From Thermoanaerobaculia bacterium (GTDB lineage: Bacteria; Acidobacteriota; Thermoanaerobaculia; Gp7-AA8), in the NCBI GenBank assembly GCA_035544675.1, contig DATKCA010000026.1, forward strand, positions 11,671-75,670: DNA of 64,000 bases. Reading direction: 5' to 3'. Positions within the stretch are counted from its first letter, which is position 1. Each line of letters begins with the position of its first letter. Both the position numbers and the translations under genes were made by a program. This document shows positions 43,343 to 53,293 of the stretch, in pieces. Under the pieces are notes generated by a model. That model was not told the DNA's origin. It made no database searches and saw only the letters and a program-made list of their open reading frames with translations.

Positions 43343-45253
43343 CTAGCTCTCCTTCTGCGCCACGGCGCTCTGCGGAAGCCCGCCGCCCGCGGGCGGCGCG
43401 GGGGTGACCGGCTGTTCCGGGTCCGGCAGGTTCTGCGGGTAGTAGTCGAGGTCGTGGCCGGGGAAGTTGTACTCGTACGGTCCGCGGTAGACGACCGGCA
43501 CGGTGGCGAAGTTGCCATGGCCGAGCGGCGGGGAGGTCGTGGCGGCCCACTCCAGCGTCGTCGCTTCCCACGGATTTGCGCCGACCTTCTCACCCCAGAG
43601 GATGCTCTTGAAGAAGTTCACGATGAACGGCAGCTGCGCGGCCAGCAGCAGGAACGCCGACACGGACATGAACAGGTTCCAGTGCAGGACGGGCTTGGCG
43701 TGCGCGTACTGAGCGCCGCCGTCGTAGAGCCGGCGCGAGACGCCGGCCAGGCCCTGCAGGAACATGGGGAAGAACACGCCGTTAATGAAGATCAGGGAGC
43801 CCCAGAAGTGCATCTTGCCGAGGCGCTCGCTCATCTGCCGGCCGGTGACCTTGGGGAACCAGTAGTAGATGCCGGCGAACATCGCGAAGATCGTCCCCGG
43901 CGCGACGACGTAGTGGAAGTGTCCGATGACGTAGTAGGTGTCGTGAAGGTGAATGTCCGAGGCCGCCAGTCCGAGCGGCAGTCCGGTCAGCCCGCCGATG
44001 GCGAACATGGGCAGGAACGCCAGCGCGAACATCATCGGCGTATTCAGCCGGATCGATCCTCCCCACAGGGTGATCAGCAGCGCGCTGAGAATGATCACCG
44101 ACGGGATGGAGATGATCATCGTCGTGGTCTGGAAGAACGCGCTGATGGCCGTGCCCATCCCGGTCATGAACATGTGGTGCGCCCACACGACGAAGGACAT
44201 GAATCCGAGGAACACGACGGAGTAGACGAGCGAGCGGTAGCCCCAGAGCGGCTTGCGCGTGTTGTTGGCGATGACCTCCGCGATGATCCCCAGCCCCGGC
44301 AGGATCAGCACGTACACCTCGGGGTGGGCCAGGAACCAGAAGAGGTGCTGCCAGAGCAGCGGATTGCCTCCGCCGTCTCGCTCCAGCGGCGTGCCGCTGA
44401 TGACCAGGCCGCTGGGCATGAAGAAACTGGTCTCGAAGAGACGATCGCTGAGCTGCATCACCGCGGCGGCCTCGAGGGGCGGGAACGCCAGGAGCAGCAG
44501 GAACGAGGTCACCAGCTGCGCCCAGACGAAGAACGGCAGGCGCATCCAGGTCAGACCCTTGGCCCGCAACTGAATGATGGTGACGATGAAGTTGACCGCG
44601 CCGAGGAGCGAGGAGGTGATCAGCAGCACCATGCCCAACAGCCAGATGTCCTGCCCTCGCGTGGCGATGACCGACAGGGGCGGATAGGACGTCCACCCGG
44701 AGTTCGCGGCGCCGCCGGCGATGAAGAAGCTCGACAGCATGATGAGGCCGCCGGGCAGGTACAACCAGTAGCTCATCATGTTGAGCTTCGGGAAGGCCAT
44801 GTCGGGCGCGCCGATCTGCAGCGGCACCACGTAGTTGCCGAACGCGCCGACGGCGAGCGGAACGATGGCCAGGAAGACCATCACCGTCCCGTGCATGGCG
44901 CCGAGCTGGTTGTAGAACTCGGGCAGCATGATCCCGCCCGGCGCGTTCGCCGCACCCAGGAACTGCGCGATCCATGGATGGAATGAGCGTCCCGGCCAGG
45001 CCAGCTGGAACCGCATGAGCAGCATCATGCCGAAGCCGGCCATGAGGAAGCAGAGCGCCGTCACCGCGTACTGAATGCCGATCCACTTGTGATCGGTGGA
45101 GAAGACGTAGCGCCTCCACCACGACTGGACGTGACCGGTGAGCTGAAGCTGCCGCTGCTCTTCCTCGCGGATGCGCAGCGCCCCTTTGAGGATCTTCTCA
45201 GCCTCGTCGACGTAGAGCCACTGTGTCCCGACTCGTAGTTGTCTCTTCGGCAT
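43343..45253 (-). CDS. ctaD: cytochrome c oxidase subunit I
   Basis: Contains FWFLAHPEVYVLILPGLG, WAHHMFMTG and HDTYYVIGHFHYV. I chose ATG 45253 because the longer ORF start at 45331 lies inside a heptamer hairpin. Confidence 0.93.
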   Translation of the reverse strand: MPKRQLRVGTQWLYVDEAEKILKGALRIREEEQRQLQLTGHVQSWWRRYVFSTDHKWIGIQYAVTALCFLMAGFGMMLLMRFQLAWPGRSFHPWIAQFLGAANAPGGIMLPEFYNQLGAMHGTVMVFLAIVPLAVGAFGNYVVPLQIGAPDMAFPKLNMMSYWLYLPGGLIMLSSFFIAGGAANSGWTSYPPLSVIATRGQDIWLLGMVLLITSSLLGAVNFIVTIIQLRAKGLTWMRLPFFVWAQLVTSFLLLLAFPPLEAAAVMQLSDRLFETSFFMPSGLVISGTPLERDGGGNPLLWQHLFWFLAHPEVYVLILPGLGIIAEVIANNTRKPLWGYRSLVYSVVFLGFMSFVVWAHHMFMTGMGTAISAFFQTTTMIISIPSVIILSALLITLWGGSIRLNTPMMFALAFLPMFAIGGLTGLPLGLAASDIHLHDTYYVIGHFHYVVAPGTIFAMFAGIYYWFPKVTGRQMSERLGKMHFWGSLIFINGVFFPMFLQGLAGVSRRLYDGGAQYAHAKPVLHWNLFMSVSAFLLLAAQLPFIVNFFKSILWGEKVGANPWEATTLEWAATTSPPLGHGNFATVPVVYRGPYEYNFPGHDLDYYPQNLPDPEQPVTPAPPAGGGLPQSAVAQKES

Positions 45254-45266
45254 CCTGCAACCTCCC

Positions 45267-45350
45267 GGCTCGCTGGCTCTTGGCTCTGGGCTCTTGGCTC
45301 TTGGGCAAAACCGCTCCTTCCCAAGAGCCAACAGCCAAGAGCCAGGAGCC
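45267..45350. repeat. heptamer-array hairpin (GGCTCTT)n ... (AAGAGCC)n
   Basis: ggctcgctggctcttggctctgggctcttggctcttggg, a 14-nt loop, then cccaagagccaacagccaagagccaggagcc. It lies between the cupredoxin stop and the ctaD start. Confidence 0.9.
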
Positions 45351-45355
45351 GTTTA

Positions 45356-46171
45356 CTATCCCCTGAACGTGAATGCCACCTGCTTCTGCTCGTTCGCCGC
45401 CACCGTCACCTGCTGTTCCTGCTGGCCGTACTTCTCGTGCCAGGCCACCAGCGTCCATGTGCCGGCCGGCAGGTTGGCGATCGTGAACTGGCCGTTCGTC
45501 TGGGAGACGCCGTGATACGAGTGCGGCAGAACGGCCATGTACGAGTTCATCCAGCCGTGCACGTCGCACTTGATGCGGAACGGCTTCACTTCGACCTTGT
45601 CGAACTTCTTGGTCGACACCATCCCCATGACCGGCTGCCCTTCGTTGAACTGCCGGTTCACGGCCGGCAGGGCATGCACGTTGTGCAGCGTGTTGTCGCT
45701 GTTCTTGATCTGCACCGGCTGGCCGACCTGCACGGCACTGACATGCGGGATGTACTGGCAGCCCTTCTGATCGAGCAGGGCCGGCCTGTTGTTGGGGCCC
45801 GTGGGGGGAGTCTCCTTCACGTAGACCAGGACGTTGGCCAGCTCGCCCCCGGCACCGACGACCACTTCCTCGCTCTTGACCGGCGTGGAGTGCTGCGAGG
45901 CGCAGAACGGATCGGCAGCCATCTGCACGTTGCCCGCGGGCGCGGGTGTGCCTTCGAACTTCACCATTCCGGTGATGGTGGCGGCATCGGCTGCCGCGGC
46001 CGGCGCGGCGGCGGGAGCAGCCCCGCCTGCGGGATCGGCCGCGGCGACTTCCTCGACCTCATCGTCTTCGCCGAGCTCCTCGTCGGAGAGCTCCTGACCT
46101 CCCCCGCACCCGATGGCGAATACGAACGTCATGGCTGCGAGCATCGTTACGAACTTTTTCAGCGTCATCAT
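45356..46171 (-). CDS. cupredoxin (type-1 copper) lipoprotein with a C-terminal Ig-like/CarboxypepD_reg-like domain
   Basis: Lipobox FAIGCGG and an acidic Ala/Pro linker. Ligand pattern LHNVH ... KCDVHGWM (C-x2-H-x2-M, amicyanin-like spacing). GAGGAG lies upstream of the ATG. Confidence 0.7.
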   Translation of the reverse strand: MMTLKKFVTMLAAMTFVFAIGCGGGQELSDEELGEDDEVEEVAAADPAGGAAPAAAPAAAADAATITGMVKFEGTPAPAGNVQMAADPFCASQHSTPVKSEEVVVGAGGELANVLVYVKETPPTGPNNRPALLDQKGCQYIPHVSAVQVGQPVQIKNSDNTLHNVHALPAVNRQFNEGQPVMGMVSTKKFDKVEVKPFRIKCDVHGWMNSYMAVLPHSYHGVSQTNGQFTIANLPAGTWTLVAWHEKYGQQEQQVTVAANEQKQVAFTFRG

Positions 46172-46200
46172 TTTCTCCTCAATCGGTTTCCGGCTCCCGG

Positions 46201-49200
46201 TTACCGGTTTCCGGCCACAGCCGGCCCCCTGGTCTCCAGCACTCCCGTCTGCACGGGCGTGGCCGGTGGTGTCCTCGGCATTTCCTGTGGAGCGGGCAGA
46301 GCGGAATCGGGACGGGCGGTGATCATCTCCGTTCCGCCGATGCTCCAGATGTAGTCACGCATGTACCCGGTCAGGGCGACGGCGTCCGCCATCGTCTCGC
46401 GCAGCTCGTCCTCGCCGCGGAAGTACGGGAGCAGCCGGGCCTTCGACGCCGCGAACTGCGGCGTGTCGATGGCGGCGCCGAGCGGCGAGGTGAAGCCTCC
46501 CGTTTCGGCGCTGCGCGGGAAGTTGGTCGGCATGCGCGTTCCCGGGATCATGTCGTCCGGCCGGCGGATCCAGTCCTCGATCCACTCGTGGCGCAGGCGC
46601 ACGCGTGAGAGCGTGAGGTTCGGCGCCAGCGCTGTGGTGTCGGCGATGTCCGGGACCGGCGGGTTGGCATGATTCACCGGCGTGAGCACGTGACACTGCG
46701 CGCAGCGCAGCATGTTGAAGACCTCGCGTCCGATGGCCACGTTCTGCGGCGAGGGGTCCCTGTGAAGCTGCGTGTCGAAGGCGGGCACCCGGCCCTGAGC
46801 GGCGAACCCGGTCACCAGGGTGTTGGCCTCCTCGTCGGTGAAGTGGAACGTCGGCATGCGCACCGACATCCACGGACGGATCTTCATGGTGGTGGGGTCC
46901 TTGAGGAAGTTGAACATCCACGCCGACTGCGCCCGCGCGCCCTGCGGCGAGAGATCGGGCGGGCGGAAGTTCTCGTCGGCGATCAGAGGCCCGATGGCCC
47001 GGCCGTAGCCGTCGACGATGTGGCATCCGCGGCAGTTGCGCTGCGAGACGATCTTGCGACCTTCCTCGGCCGCCCGCACGTGCGCGTCACGCGCCGCCAT
47101 GCGGTTCTCCGACACTCGCTCTTTGGTCAGGCCGAGGATCACCGAGGAGATGGTCCGGGCCTCGTTCTCGGTGAGGTTGAAGTTCGGCATCTTCAGCTTG
47201 TCGTTGTAGGGCTTGGTGCGCTCGTCGTCGTAGACCCGGGGGCTGCGGATCTTGTGGTAGATCCACGAGGGGACGGTGTGGAGGATGTGCTCCTTCCTCC
47301 CGTCCTCGTGCTCGTAGTCGTGCACGTAACCGAAGTCAAACAGGTGCAGGTTCTTCGAGCCCTCCGTGGTCAATTCGGTGCCGATGGGCTTGAGACCGTC
47401 GAAACCCTTGATGTCGTGGCAGGAGTAGCAGCCGTACTTCTCGATGGAGCGCTGGCCGAGGTAGATGAGCTGTTCGCGGAGGGGCATCGATTGCAGACGG
47501 GTGTTGGCGTCGCGATCCGTCAGAGTGTTGATCAGGTAGCCCTTGGCTAGTTCGCGGACGGCCTGCGGATCGGGAGCGGGAGCACCCTTCTGCATGAACT
47601 CCGGCTTCTGCATCGTCATCAGGTAGGCGGTCACGTCGGCCGCCTCCTGGTCGGAGAGGCGCAGGTCGGGCATCTGCGTGGCGGCGTCGTAGACGCGCGG
47701 GTTCTTCACCCAGTTGAAGACCCAGCCGGGATGCGTCTTCGTCCCCGTGCCGGTGAAGTTGAATCCGAAGTGCCTCTCCAGCGGGAAGTCGTCCCGGTGC
47801 GCCAGGCGCGTCTTCCCCTCGGCATCGGTGACGGTGTCGGTGTCGATGTGGCAGCCCAGGCAGCCGACGCTGGACACGATCTCCCTGCCGCGCGCGGCGT
47901 CGCCGCCGGCCGGCCCCTGCCAGGTGCGCCGCGTCGAGTTGGCGAACAGATACTCGACGATGGCGTGAATCTCCGCGTTCTGATAGCGGATGTTCTGCTC
48001 GCGCTCATGGAGAGGCACCGCCGGCCCGACCATGTTCCGCTGGAAGAAGAACGACGGCATGCGCGTGGTGGAACGGAACTCGTTCGGCGCGGCGATCCAC
48101 CGGAATGCCCACTCCGGAGTGGTCTTCTCGGCGATCCCTTCCAGAGTCGGCCCCGGCTTCTGCAGGTTCTCGAACCGCCAGTTGCTGATCTTGTGGCAGG
48201 AATGGCAGCCGTACAGCTCCACCATGTGCGTGCCGGTGGTGATGTGCTGGGCCTTCTCCACCGTGATCTGGCCGGCGTGGCACTTGAGGCATCCGGCCTC
48301 GTAGTGCTGGCGCGGATACATCGGGGTGTCGAGGAACGGGTTGACGGCGTAGCCCCAGTTTCGCTTCTCGAAGTCGCGGGGCGTGGGGAAGAAGAACATC
48401 GAGGCCTTCTTCCAGCGGAGCTCCATCCGCTTGCTCATGGGCGTGTGGCCGGCGCGGCCGAATTCGGTGGCCCGGTCCTGGCCGCGATGGCAGGCCGTGC
48501 AGCCGTACTCGAGAAGAGGATGAGGTGAGGCCGAGCCGACGAACGTCTCCAGGCGCGGGTGGGTCCGGAACGGATTCATGATCAGCCGCTCGTTCTGGAT
48601 CCGATCCAGCTGCTCGACGCGCTCCTCGGTCTCGGCGCGGCGGTCGGCGGGGATCAGGTTCTTGTCGAGGCGGAGGCGCAGCTCGCCGGCCAGCCGCTCG
48701 GCCTCCACCTTCGACTCGAATCCGGGACGGTCGATGGCGCGGTGGCACGTCATGCAGCGGTCCACGCGTGGGACCGACATGTAGTTCATGTCGATGAAGA
48801 GGTCGCCCAGGACGACCTGCTCGATTTTCATGGTCGGATTGACGAAGTCGAGCATCGGTGCGTTGAGGATGAAGAAGTCGCGGTCCGCCGACACCGTCTT
48901 GAGCTGCTTGTTCAGCAGGTCGACCGATGCCGTGAGCTCTTTGCGGCGGGTCTCGACCTCTTTGATCCTGCCGAGCCAGCTGTCCACACGGGCGCGCGCG
49001 GCATCGCGGTCGCGCGTCACCGCCTGGAGGCGGATCTGCAGGTCGTCCACCTGCCCCACCAGCGCGTCAAACTCGCGCTGGCGCTCCTCGGTGTGGCGTC
49101 CCTGCACGATCGACGCTTCCAGCTCGTAGCGCTTGGCATCGAGGATCGCCTTGGCGAAGCGGTAGTCCTGGTCGGCGGCGTAGTGCCTCCCTTCCCACGA

Positions 49201-49509
49201 CTCCAGCTCCTTCTGGGCGGTGACGAGGGCGTCGCGGTCTTTGGCGATCTCGGCCTGCGCGTCCTTCATCTGCTGGTCGATCTCGGCGAGCTGACGGCGG
49301 GCCTCCTCGTTGTTCGCGGCCTCCAGCTCCCGCTGGATGCGCTCGGACTGGATCCGGTTGAATTCCATCTGGAACCACTTCCAGCCGCGGACGTAGTCGT
49401 ACATGACCATCGCCCCCGTGACCGCGAGCAGCCCCAGCGCCGACAACGCGAAGATCGCGTTCAGCTTCCTCATGCTGTAGTTGTGCGGTATGGGCTCTTG
49501 CGGCTTCAT
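46201..49509 (-). CDS. membrane-anchored octahaem c-type cytochrome with an N-terminal coiled coil
   Basis: Eight CxxCH sites: CMTCH, CTACH, CLKCH, CHSCH, CLGCH, CYSCH, CRGCH and CAQCH. It has an N-terminal TM and an Ala/Glu/Arg-rich coiled coil of about 200 aa. Confidence 0.85.
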   Translation of the reverse strand: MKPQEPIPHNYSMRKLNAIFALSALGLLAVTGAMVMYDYVRGWKWFQMEFNRIQSERIQRELEAANNEEARRQLAEIDQQMKDAQAEIAKDRDALVTAQKELESWEGRHYAADQDYRFAKAILDAKRYELEASIVQGRHTEERQREFDALVGQVDDLQIRLQAVTRDRDAARARVDSWLGRIKEVETRRKELTASVDLLNKQLKTVSADRDFFILNAPMLDFVNPTMKIEQVVLGDLFIDMNYMSVPRVDRCMTCHRAIDRPGFESKVEAERLAGELRLRLDKNLIPADRRAETEERVEQLDRIQNERLIMNPFRTHPRLETFVGSASPHPLLEYGCTACHRGQDRATEFGRAGHTPMSKRMELRWKKASMFFFPTPRDFEKRNWGYAVNPFLDTPMYPRQHYEAGCLKCHAGQITVEKAQHITTGTHMVELYGCHSCHKISNWRFENLQKPGPTLEGIAEKTTPEWAFRWIAAPNEFRSTTRMPSFFFQRNMVGPAVPLHEREQNIRYQNAEIHAIVEYLFANSTRRTWQGPAGGDAARGREIVSSVGCLGCHIDTDTVTDAEGKTRLAHRDDFPLERHFGFNFTGTGTKTHPGWVFNWVKNPRVYDAATQMPDLRLSDQEAADVTAYLMTMQKPEFMQKGAPAPDPQAVRELAKGYLINTLTDRDANTRLQSMPLREQLIYLGQRSIEKYGCYSCHDIKGFDGLKPIGTELTTEGSKNLHLFDFGYVHDYEHEDGRKEHILHTVPSWIYHKIRSPRVYDDERTKPYNDKLKMPNFNLTENEARTISSVILGLTKERVSENRMAARDAHVRAAEEGRKIVSQRNCRGCHIVDGYGRAIGPLIADENFRPPDLSPQGARAQSAWMFNFLKDPTTMKIRPWMSVRMPTFHFTDEEANTLVTGFAAQGRVPAFDTQLHRDPSPQNVAIGREVFNMLRCAQCHVLTPVNHANPPVPDIADTTALAPNLTLSRVRLRHEWIEDWIRRPDDMIPGTRMPTNFPRSAETGGFTSPLGAAIDTPQFAASKARLLPYFRGEDELRETMADAVALTGYMRDYIWSIGGTEMITARPDSALPAPQEMPRTPPATPVQTGVLETRGPAVAGNR

Positions 49510-49517
49510 GGCTGTTT

Positions 49518-49606
49518 GTTGGCTCTTGGCTGTTGGCTCTTGGCTCTTGGGAAAAACAGAGCGACCCCAGGTTCTCCCAAGAGCCCAGAGCCAAGAGCCC
49601 AGAGCC
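49518..49606. repeat. heptamer-array hairpin (GGCTCTT)n ... (AAGAGCC)n, second locus
   Basis: gttggctcttggctgttggctcttggctcttggg, a loop, then cccaagagcccagagccaagagcccagagcc. It lies between the cyt b C-terminal-half stop and the octahaem cytochrome start. Confidence 0.9.
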
Positions 49607-49609
49607 GGT

Positions 49610-50833
49610 TCATATGTTGAAAAAGATCTCCTGGATGTGAACGATGTACTTGAGGTTGAACAGCCAGCGCAGGACCATCTTGATCGGCAGCGCCAGCATC
49701 ACCAGGAACAGCATGGCGCCGACGTAGTAACGCGGCGCGCCCATCTTCTGGTAGAAGCGGCGGAACGGACCCATGGCCAGCACCGGCGGCAGGGCCAGGT
49801 AGGCGAGCACGAGCACGATGCCGAAGATCTCGCGGATCAGCCAGATGCGCGGCAGCGGCTGGCCCAGCGCCTTGACCCAGATCAGCTCGGACAGGTCGAT
49901 GTTGACCAGCGGCTCCAGCTTGTTGGCATCCCAGTACTCGAACGGCCCGAAGAAGTTCCAGTTCGGACCGCGCAGGAACGTTCCGGTGATGATGAGGAAC
50001 GACCACAGCACGATGAATCCGTACAGAAAGATCCCGATCTCCCATTTCCGCTCGCGGAACGAGTAGTAGCCGCTGCCGCGCGGGTTGGTGTCGATGTAGG
50101 GAATGGCCATCAGCCCGACGATGATCAGCGTCGGCAGGACGACTCCCGCCAGCCACGGATCGAAGTAGACCAGCATCTCCTGCAGTCCGAGGAAGTACCA
50201 GGGGGCCTTGGCGGGATTGGGTGAGACGTTCGGATTGGCCGCCTCTTCCAGCGGCGCCCGGAGCCCGATCGACCAGACGGTCATCACGATCGTGAGCAGG
50301 ATCATGCACAGCAGCTCGGTGTAGACCAGGTCGGGCCACACGAAGAGCTTCTCGTCCGACTCGGTCTTCTCCCAGGGGATGCCGCCGGCCTCCATCTGCT
50401 TGTCGTTGAGGTAGGCCTTGCGCAGCGCCAGCCAGGTGAAGAACCCGAGCAGGAAGATCATGGCGGCGATCGGGACGTTGTCCGGCTTCGCGGCGATCTT
50501 GAAAAAGTTGGGATCCATCATCGAGAGACTGAAGAGAGCCGCGCCGATGATCAGCATCCACAGTCCGACCTTCGTATCCCACAGCCGCGGGCCGAGCCTG
50601 GCCAGGCCGAACAGGCAGATCAGCCACGCCACGGCCAGGTACATGAGGGGGGTGATGAAGAAGCCGGCCAGGAGAAAGACCACGCCCAGGACGGTGAAGA
50701 TCGTCCCGGTGCGCGAGCGCAGCTTTCCGTCGCAGAGGTTGAAGAAAACGACGAACGCGAAGATGCCGGACAGAAGGATGAACGAGATCGACGCGACGGA
50801 CAGCACGTTGATGAAGTTCTTCAGGAAGTCCAT
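49610..50833 (-). CDS. cytochrome b C-terminal half (subunit IV/PetD-like) with extra TMs
   Basis: PNPAKAPWYFLGLQEMLVYF matches the PEWYFL-type Qo motif. It is a multi-TM protein. Confidence 0.85.
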   Translation of the reverse strand: MDFLKNFINVLSVASISFILLSGIFAFVVFFNLCDGKLRSRTGTIFTVLGVVFLLAGFFITPLMYLAVAWLICLFGLARLGPRLWDTKVGLWMLIIGAALFSLSMMDPNFFKIAAKPDNVPIAAMIFLLGFFTWLALRKAYLNDKQMEAGGIPWEKTESDEKLFVWPDLVYTELLCMILLTIVMTVWSIGLRAPLEEAANPNVSPNPAKAPWYFLGLQEMLVYFDPWLAGVVLPTLIIVGLMAIPYIDTNPRGSGYYSFRERKWEIGIFLYGFIVLWSFLIITGTFLRGPNWNFFGPFEYWDANKLEPLVNIDLSELIWVKALGQPLPRIWLIREIFGIVLVLAYLALPPVLAMGPFRRFYQKMGAPRYYVGAMLFLVMLALPIKMVLRWLFNLKYIVHIQEIFFNI

Positions 50834-50840
50834 GGCTTAG

Positions 50841-50920
<80 letters not shown>

Positions 50921-50929
50921 TGGAGATCC

Positions 50930-51712
50930 CTACAGGGGCCCAGAGATGCCTCCATCCTTCCTGACCCGCCAGAAGTGAATGGCCATGAGGAATCCGGCTG
51001 CCAGCGGGATGACCACGCAGTGCAGCACGTAGAAGCGGAGCAGCGTGGCGGCCCCGATGGACCGCCCGGCTATCAGCGCGAAGCGCGCGTCGTCACCGGC
51101 GTGGATGAGCGGCACGTCGCCCAGTTTGATGAGGGAGGACATCGGGCCCTCCTGACCAGCGCCAGGCGTGGCGCGCGCCATGTTCGATCCGACCGTGATG
51201 GCCCAGATCGCCAGCTGATCCCACGGAAGCAGGTAGCCGGTGAAGGACAACAGAAGCGTGAGCACCAGGAGGATCACGCCGACGTTCCAGTTGAACTCGC
51301 GCGGCGGCTTGTACGAGCCGGTCATGAAGACGCGGAACATGTGCAGCCATACCGCGATGACCATGGCATGCGCGCCCCAGCGGTGCATCTCGCGCATGAT
51401 CCCGAACGGCGCCTGCTCGCGCAGGTCCATGATGTCGGTGAACGCGTATTCGATCGTGGGCCGGTAATAGAACATCAGCAGCAGGCCGGTGACCGTCTCC
51501 ACCAGGAAAAGGAAGAACGACGTCCCTCCCATGCACCAGGTGTAGCTCATGCGCACCCCGGAGCGGCGCACCTTCACGGGATGCAGATGAAGGATGAGGG
51601 ACCCCAGGACCGCCAGGACGCGCTTGCGGTTGGTGTTGGGGATGCCAACCCGGAAGATCGACTTCCAGATCTGCGAGTTGACGATGTTTTCCTGGAGTCC
51701 CTTGACCGTCAT
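50930..51712 (-). CDS. cytochrome b N-terminal half (b6-like)
   Basis: Contains GGTSFFLFLVETVTG and the haem histidines in MHRWGAHAMVIAVWLHMFRVF, plus LLPWDQLAIWA. Confidence 0.9.
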   Translation of the reverse strand: MTVKGLQENIVNSQIWKSIFRVGIPNTNRKRVLAVLGSLILHLHPVKVRRSGVRMSYTWCMGGTSFFLFLVETVTGLLLMFYYRPTIEYAFTDIMDLREQAPFGIMREMHRWGAHAMVIAVWLHMFRVFMTGSYKPPREFNWNVGVILLVLTLLLSFTGYLLPWDQLAIWAITVGSNMARATPGAGQEGPMSSLIKLGDVPLIHAGDDARFALIAGRSIGAATLLRFYVLHCVVIPLAAGFLMAIHFWRVRKDGGISGPL

Positions 51713-51719
51713 GGATCCT

Positions 51720-52292
51720 CTAGATTTTTAGGAACGACTCGGGATTGGTCCAATCCCCTCTCTCCTGGTGATACTGAACCGACTTGTCGACGACGAGCTG
51801 TCCGTCCGCCGGATCGATGATGATCTTGGCGCGCTCGAGCGGACGCGGCGCGGGACCTTCGAAGTTGATCCCGGTGCGGTAGAAGCCGCTGCCGTGGCAC
51901 GGGCACTTGAACTTGTTCTGCGAAGGCAGCCAGTTGGGTTGGCACCCCAGATGGGTGCACGTCGTGATCAGGGCGTACATGATCTCTTCGTTCCGCACGA
52001 TCCAGATGCCGAACTTCTCTTTCCACCGCTCGTCGACTTCCCCGACCGAGTAGTCGCCGGGAAGGCCGGCCTTGAACTTCTGCACCGGCTCGAAGAGGAC
52101 GTTGGGAAAGAGGAACCGCCCCATGATCGCCGAGAGACCGCCCACCGCGGCGGCCAGAGCGACCCAGGCCGTCGTCAGAACGACGGGAAAGCTACGCCTG
52201 GAAATCTCTCCCTGATCGCGAATTTCGGCTGCCGCGCTCCCGGCCAGAGGAGTCTTCGGAGCCACCTGATATGGCGTGATTTCTTCGGACAT
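51720..52292 (-). CDS. Rieske [2Fe-2S] subunit of the bc complex
   Basis: Contains CTHLGC ... CPCHGSGF and an N-terminal TM. Confidence 0.92.
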   Translation of the reverse strand: MSEEITPYQVAPKTPLAGSAAAEIRDQGEISRRSFPVVLTTAWVALAAAVGGLSAIMGRFLFPNVLFEPVQKFKAGLPGDYSVGEVDERWKEKFGIWIVRNEEIMYALITTCTHLGCQPNWLPSQNKFKCPCHGSGFYRTGINFEGPAPRPLERAKIIIDPADGQLVVDKSVQYHQERGDWTNPESFLKI

Positions 52293-52326
52293 TCAACTGT
52301 GAGAAGAACGGGTGAACGCGGGCAAC

Positions 52327-52355
52327 AATATGGCGGAGTCAGTATGACGTGTCAA
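52327..52355 (-). promoter_or_regulatory. putative sigma70-type promoter of the Rieske/cyt b operon
   Basis: The minus strand reads TTGACA (52355-52350), a 17-nt spacer, then CATATT (52332-52327). It lies about 35 nt upstream of the Rieske ATG. Confidence 0.4.
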
Positions 52356-52357
52356 CG

Positions 52358-52401
52358 AAAAAGGTGACTTGCAACACGCTGCGAAGACAGCGTGTTGCAA
52401 G
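52358..52401 (-). terminator. intrinsic-terminator-like hairpin downstream of the HEAT-protein gene
   Basis: A perfect 14-bp stem, CTTGCAACACGCTG (52368-52381) paired with CAGCGTGTTGCAAG (52388-52401), with a 6-nt loop. On the minus strand it is followed by TCACC then TTTTT (52362-52358). Confidence 0.5.
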
Positions 52402-52443
52402 TGATCCCGAGCGGCGAAGCGCGCGCGGCTGCCGCCCCGCACT

Positions 52444-53280
52444 TCAGCGCGTGTCGATCGCGCTCCTGGCCGCCGACCGCACCCGCATGCTCGGATCGCG
52501 CGCCGCGATCGGCGCGAGCGCCGCGCGCGCCTCTTCCGGCGCGATCTTCGCGTACGCGGTGATGGCCGCGATCATCGCCCCATCCTTCTGCTCGGGACGC
52601 ATCCCCGGCACCCGATCGAGACGCTCCCGGTCGAGCATCTCGGCCAGCACCGGCGAGGCCCGGCCGTCGCCGAACCGCGCCAGCGCCACGGCGGCGTTGA
52701 AGCGCACGTCGCTCGTCCCGTCCGTGAGCGACTCCACCAGCTGCGGCACGGCCCGGGTGTCGCCGAGAAGCCCGAGGACGAAGACGGCCGTCTTCCGGAC
52801 GTCTTTCTCGGGATCGCGGGCGGCCTGGATGATCGCCGGCACCGCGGTGCGATCGCCGAGCTCCGAAAGCGCCAGCAGCGCGTAGATGCGCGTCTCCACC
52901 AGCGGCTCCTGCAACGCTTCCATCAGCGACGGCGTCGCCCGCCGGTCACCGAGTTTGCCGAGGACCAGCGTGAGGTACTGGCGGACGCGCGGGTCGCCGC
53001 CCCGGGCCGAGCGATAGACCTCGATCACCTGCTCCGGCAGATTCGGATACTGCTTCGCCTCTCCCCGCTTGATCGACTTGGAGAGCTGGTACGCGGCCTG
53101 GAACTTCCGGTGATCGCTTCCGGTGCGGATGTCGCTGAGGTACTCCGGGATCGACTCCTGCTCCGCGGCCATCTGCCCGAAGAGGAAGAAGATCGCCACG
53201 CCGATCATCACCACGCCGAGAGGGAAGAGGACGAACTGAAAGAGAATGGTCCGGGGAGACTCTCTGGGCAGGTCGTTCAT
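52444..53280 (-). CDS. membrane-anchored HEAT-repeat (PBS-lyase-like) protein
   Basis: N-terminal TM FVLFPLGVVMIGVAIFFLF, followed by five or more repeats of the D..VR..A..ALG.LGD..A...L type. Confidence 0.75.
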   Translation of the reverse strand: MNDLPRESPRTILFQFVLFPLGVVMIGVAIFFLFGQMAAEQESIPEYLSDIRTGSDHRKFQAAYQLSKSIKRGEAKQYPNLPEQVIEVYRSARGGDPRVRQYLTLVLGKLGDRRATPSLMEALQEPLVETRIYALLALSELGDRTAVPAIIQAARDPEKDVRKTAVFVLGLLGDTRAVPQLVESLTDGTSDVRFNAAVALARFGDGRASPVLAEMLDRERLDRVPGMRPEQKDGAMIAAITAYAKIAPEEARAALAPIAARDPSMRVRSAARSAIDTR

Positions 53281-53293
53281 ACTCGGTTGGGAG

